Positions 62,368 to 64,000 of a stretch of 64,000 nt of DNA are shown piece after piece. Where the stretch lies: the NCBI GenBank assembly GCA_963708075.1, contig OY970194.1, positions 2,528,001 through 2,592,000 on the forward strand. The letters run 5' to 3'. Every line of letters begins with the position of its first letter. Position 1 is the first letter of the stretch. A model generated the notes under the pieces. The model was not told where the DNA came from, did no database searches, and saw only the letters and a program-made list of their open reading frames with translations. Source of the DNA: Sedimentisphaerales bacterium. GTDB taxonomy: Bacteria; Planctomycetota; Phycisphaerae; Sedimentisphaerales; Anaerobacaceae. Position numbers and translations under genes: made by a program.

Positions 62368-63985
62368 TCACGAGCTTTCGCGCGGCGACGACCATCGTGT
62401 CATGACCGATCGTGAACTTATGCAGTACGTCGAGGTCTGGGACATTCTGTATGCTCAGCTCGTGGGCGACCACGACGGATCGTTCCGGTGCGTTCAGGAA
62501 GGCGATGACCTCTTCGTCCTGGAACAGCTCGGGCACAGTCTCTCCCAGATACAGGACAGCCGCGCCGCTGACGCGCTCTTTCGGGTATACCAGGCCGATT
62601 CGCCTCCCTTCCGATTTGAGAGTCCGGCAATAAGCGAACAGAGGCTCGAACGAGTTTCTTGAGTTGAAGATCGGGTAGACCGCGGCATGGATGGTCAGAT
62701 AGATGGCCAGCAGCGACAGGAATAGCGCCCGAGCGAAGCGTCCCATTTCGTTTTGAGCCAGGCGGCGATGGGCCGATATTGCCAGATAGACAGCGGGAAT
62801 GCTGATCAGGGACCATAGGGTCCAGGGCTGTTTGTAGTAGATGAACATCCCCACAAAGACAAGCGGTGTGATGCAAGCCGTCCATACAAGTATACCGGCG
62901 GGAAGGGTAAACCAGTTGGTTGGAGGGTCTTCGCCTTCGATGATCGCACCCAAGACTTGTCCGATAAAGAGAGCTGCGGCCGGATATAAAGGCAGAAGAT
63001 AGAGGCCGCGTTTCCCGGCGGATATGGAAAGCAGAACGAAAGGAACCGCGAACCACAGCAGCATGAAGACGGAGGGACTCTCGTTTCGGCGCTGGCGGAG
63101 TTGACGGACGTGAAACGCGATAGCCACAGGGAGAAAAAGTATCCAGGGGAAGAACTGCGGCGGCGATTTGACGAGGTAGTAGTAGAAAGGTTCTGCATGC
63201 TCGGGGTATCCACCTGTGAATCGTCCCAGGTTGTTGGCGATGATGGCGGAATAGGTGGTTTCCGCCCCGAGGCGTCCGCTCAGCAGATAAACCCACACAG
63301 CCACCGGGACAAGAGAGAGGAACGAGCCGAACACCAATACGAGCCATGTATGGAGGGAGAAGTCTCTTCTGACGATAAGCCAGACAGTCAGCGCCGAGAG
63401 CGGAATTGCCATGCCCACCATTCCCTTCGTCAGGAGGGCACAGGCCAGGGAGCCCGCGAAGCCGAGAGCCCAGAGATTTCGGCGTGGACCGGGTCGCACG
63501 GCCTGAAAGAAACACAGCATGGCCGCCGTCGTCCACAAGCACAACATCATGTCGACCAGACACTGGTGACCGAGGTTCCAGTACTCTGCGAAAGTCGCCA
63601 ACACCAGAGCGGACAATCCGGCAGCCAAGGCGGACATGCCCATCTTTCGAGCCAGGACGAAAGTCAGAAGGACGCCTGCGATAGCCGCCAGGGCCGATGG
63701 CAGCCTGGCGGCATAGGCGCTCTCTCCCAGCAGAGTGAAGATCGGCCCGGCAATCCAGTAGTAAAATGGCGGCTGCTCAAGAAAGGGCTTGTCGTTCAAT
63801 CGGGGGACGATAGGGTCCCCGGATCTGGACGTCTGCGCGGCTATTCCGGCAACGCGAGGCTCGTCGGGACCCCAGAGATCGCGCCGGCCCAAGCCCGCGA
63901 GAAAGAGGACTGAGGCGAAGACCGCCACTGCCAGGAGAGGCCTTCGCGTTGCGAGGTCGTCACTGTCTGCAGACAACACTTTCAT
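62357..63985 (-). CDS. ArnT-family (GT83-like) membrane glycosyltransferase
   Basis: LWGPDEPRVA, P.LN..PFLEQPP.YYW, ARLPSA, LTKG.VG, H.EPFYYY, S..KR..YLLP.YP. Confidence 0.85.
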   Translation of the reverse strand: MKVLSADSDDLATRRPLLAVAVFASVLFLAGLGRRDLWGPDEPRVAGIAAQTSRSGDPIVPRLNDKPFLEQPPFYYWIAGPIFTLLGESAYAARLPSALAAIAGVLLTFVLARKMGMSALAAGLSALVLATFAEYWNLGHQCLVDMMLCLWTTAAMLCFFQAVRPGPRRNLWALGFAGSLACALLTKGMVGMAIPLSALTVWLIVRRDFSLHTWLVLVFGSFLSLVPVAVWVYLLSGRLGAETTYSAIIANNLGRFTGGYPEHAEPFYYYLVKSPPQFFPWILFLPVAIAFHVRQLRQRRNESPSVFMLLWFAVPFVLLSISAGKRGLYLLPLYPAAALFIGQVLGAIIEGEDPPTNWFTLPAGILVWTACITPLVFVGMFIYYKQPWTLWSLISIPAVYLAISAHRRLAQNEMGRFARALFLSLLAIYLTIHAAVYPIFNSRNSFEPLFAYCRTLKSEGRRIGLVYPKERVSGAAVLYLGETVPELFQDEEVIAFLNAPERSVVVAHELSIQNVPDLDVLHKFTIGHDTMVVAARKLVNGE

Positions 63986-64000
63986 TCAACGGCTCCCTAT

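Overview
GC-rich bacterial chromosome segment. Gene content and repeat style suggest Planctomycetota (Phycisphaerae/Sedimentisphaerales-like); this is inference. Housekeeping genes: thrS-infC-rpmI-rplT-pheS(partial), secA, tRNA-Val(GAC), gpsA, hflX, rpsU. Also present: a type IV pilus/T2SS operon (pilM-N-O-orf-pilB-pilT-pilC-two minor pilins), an orphan membrane-anchored GspE ATPase, a GH3 beta-glucosidase, a PAS hybrid kinase, a pectin/sugar locus (PL11 lyase, GH65-like, NagX-like, Tat-exported isomerase-like), a PadR locus, a very large membrane-spanning ECF sigma factor, and an L-Ara4N (arnD + three ArnT-like) cluster bounded by a tRNA-Ser 3' fragment, probably an island end. Most notable non-gene signals: (i) six AAACAAAGCCAATT repeats with unrelated spacers at 51.9-52.3 kb; (ii) a candidate sigma28-driven ~70-nt sRNA with an anti-SD motif downstream of secA; (iii) two copies of a ~325-bp REP/MITE-like element; (iv) a collapsed type IIG R-M gene abutting a truncated ECF gene. 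Five single-base frameshifts, one in essential thrS, suggest sequencing/assembly indels. All calls were made by eye; no searches were run.
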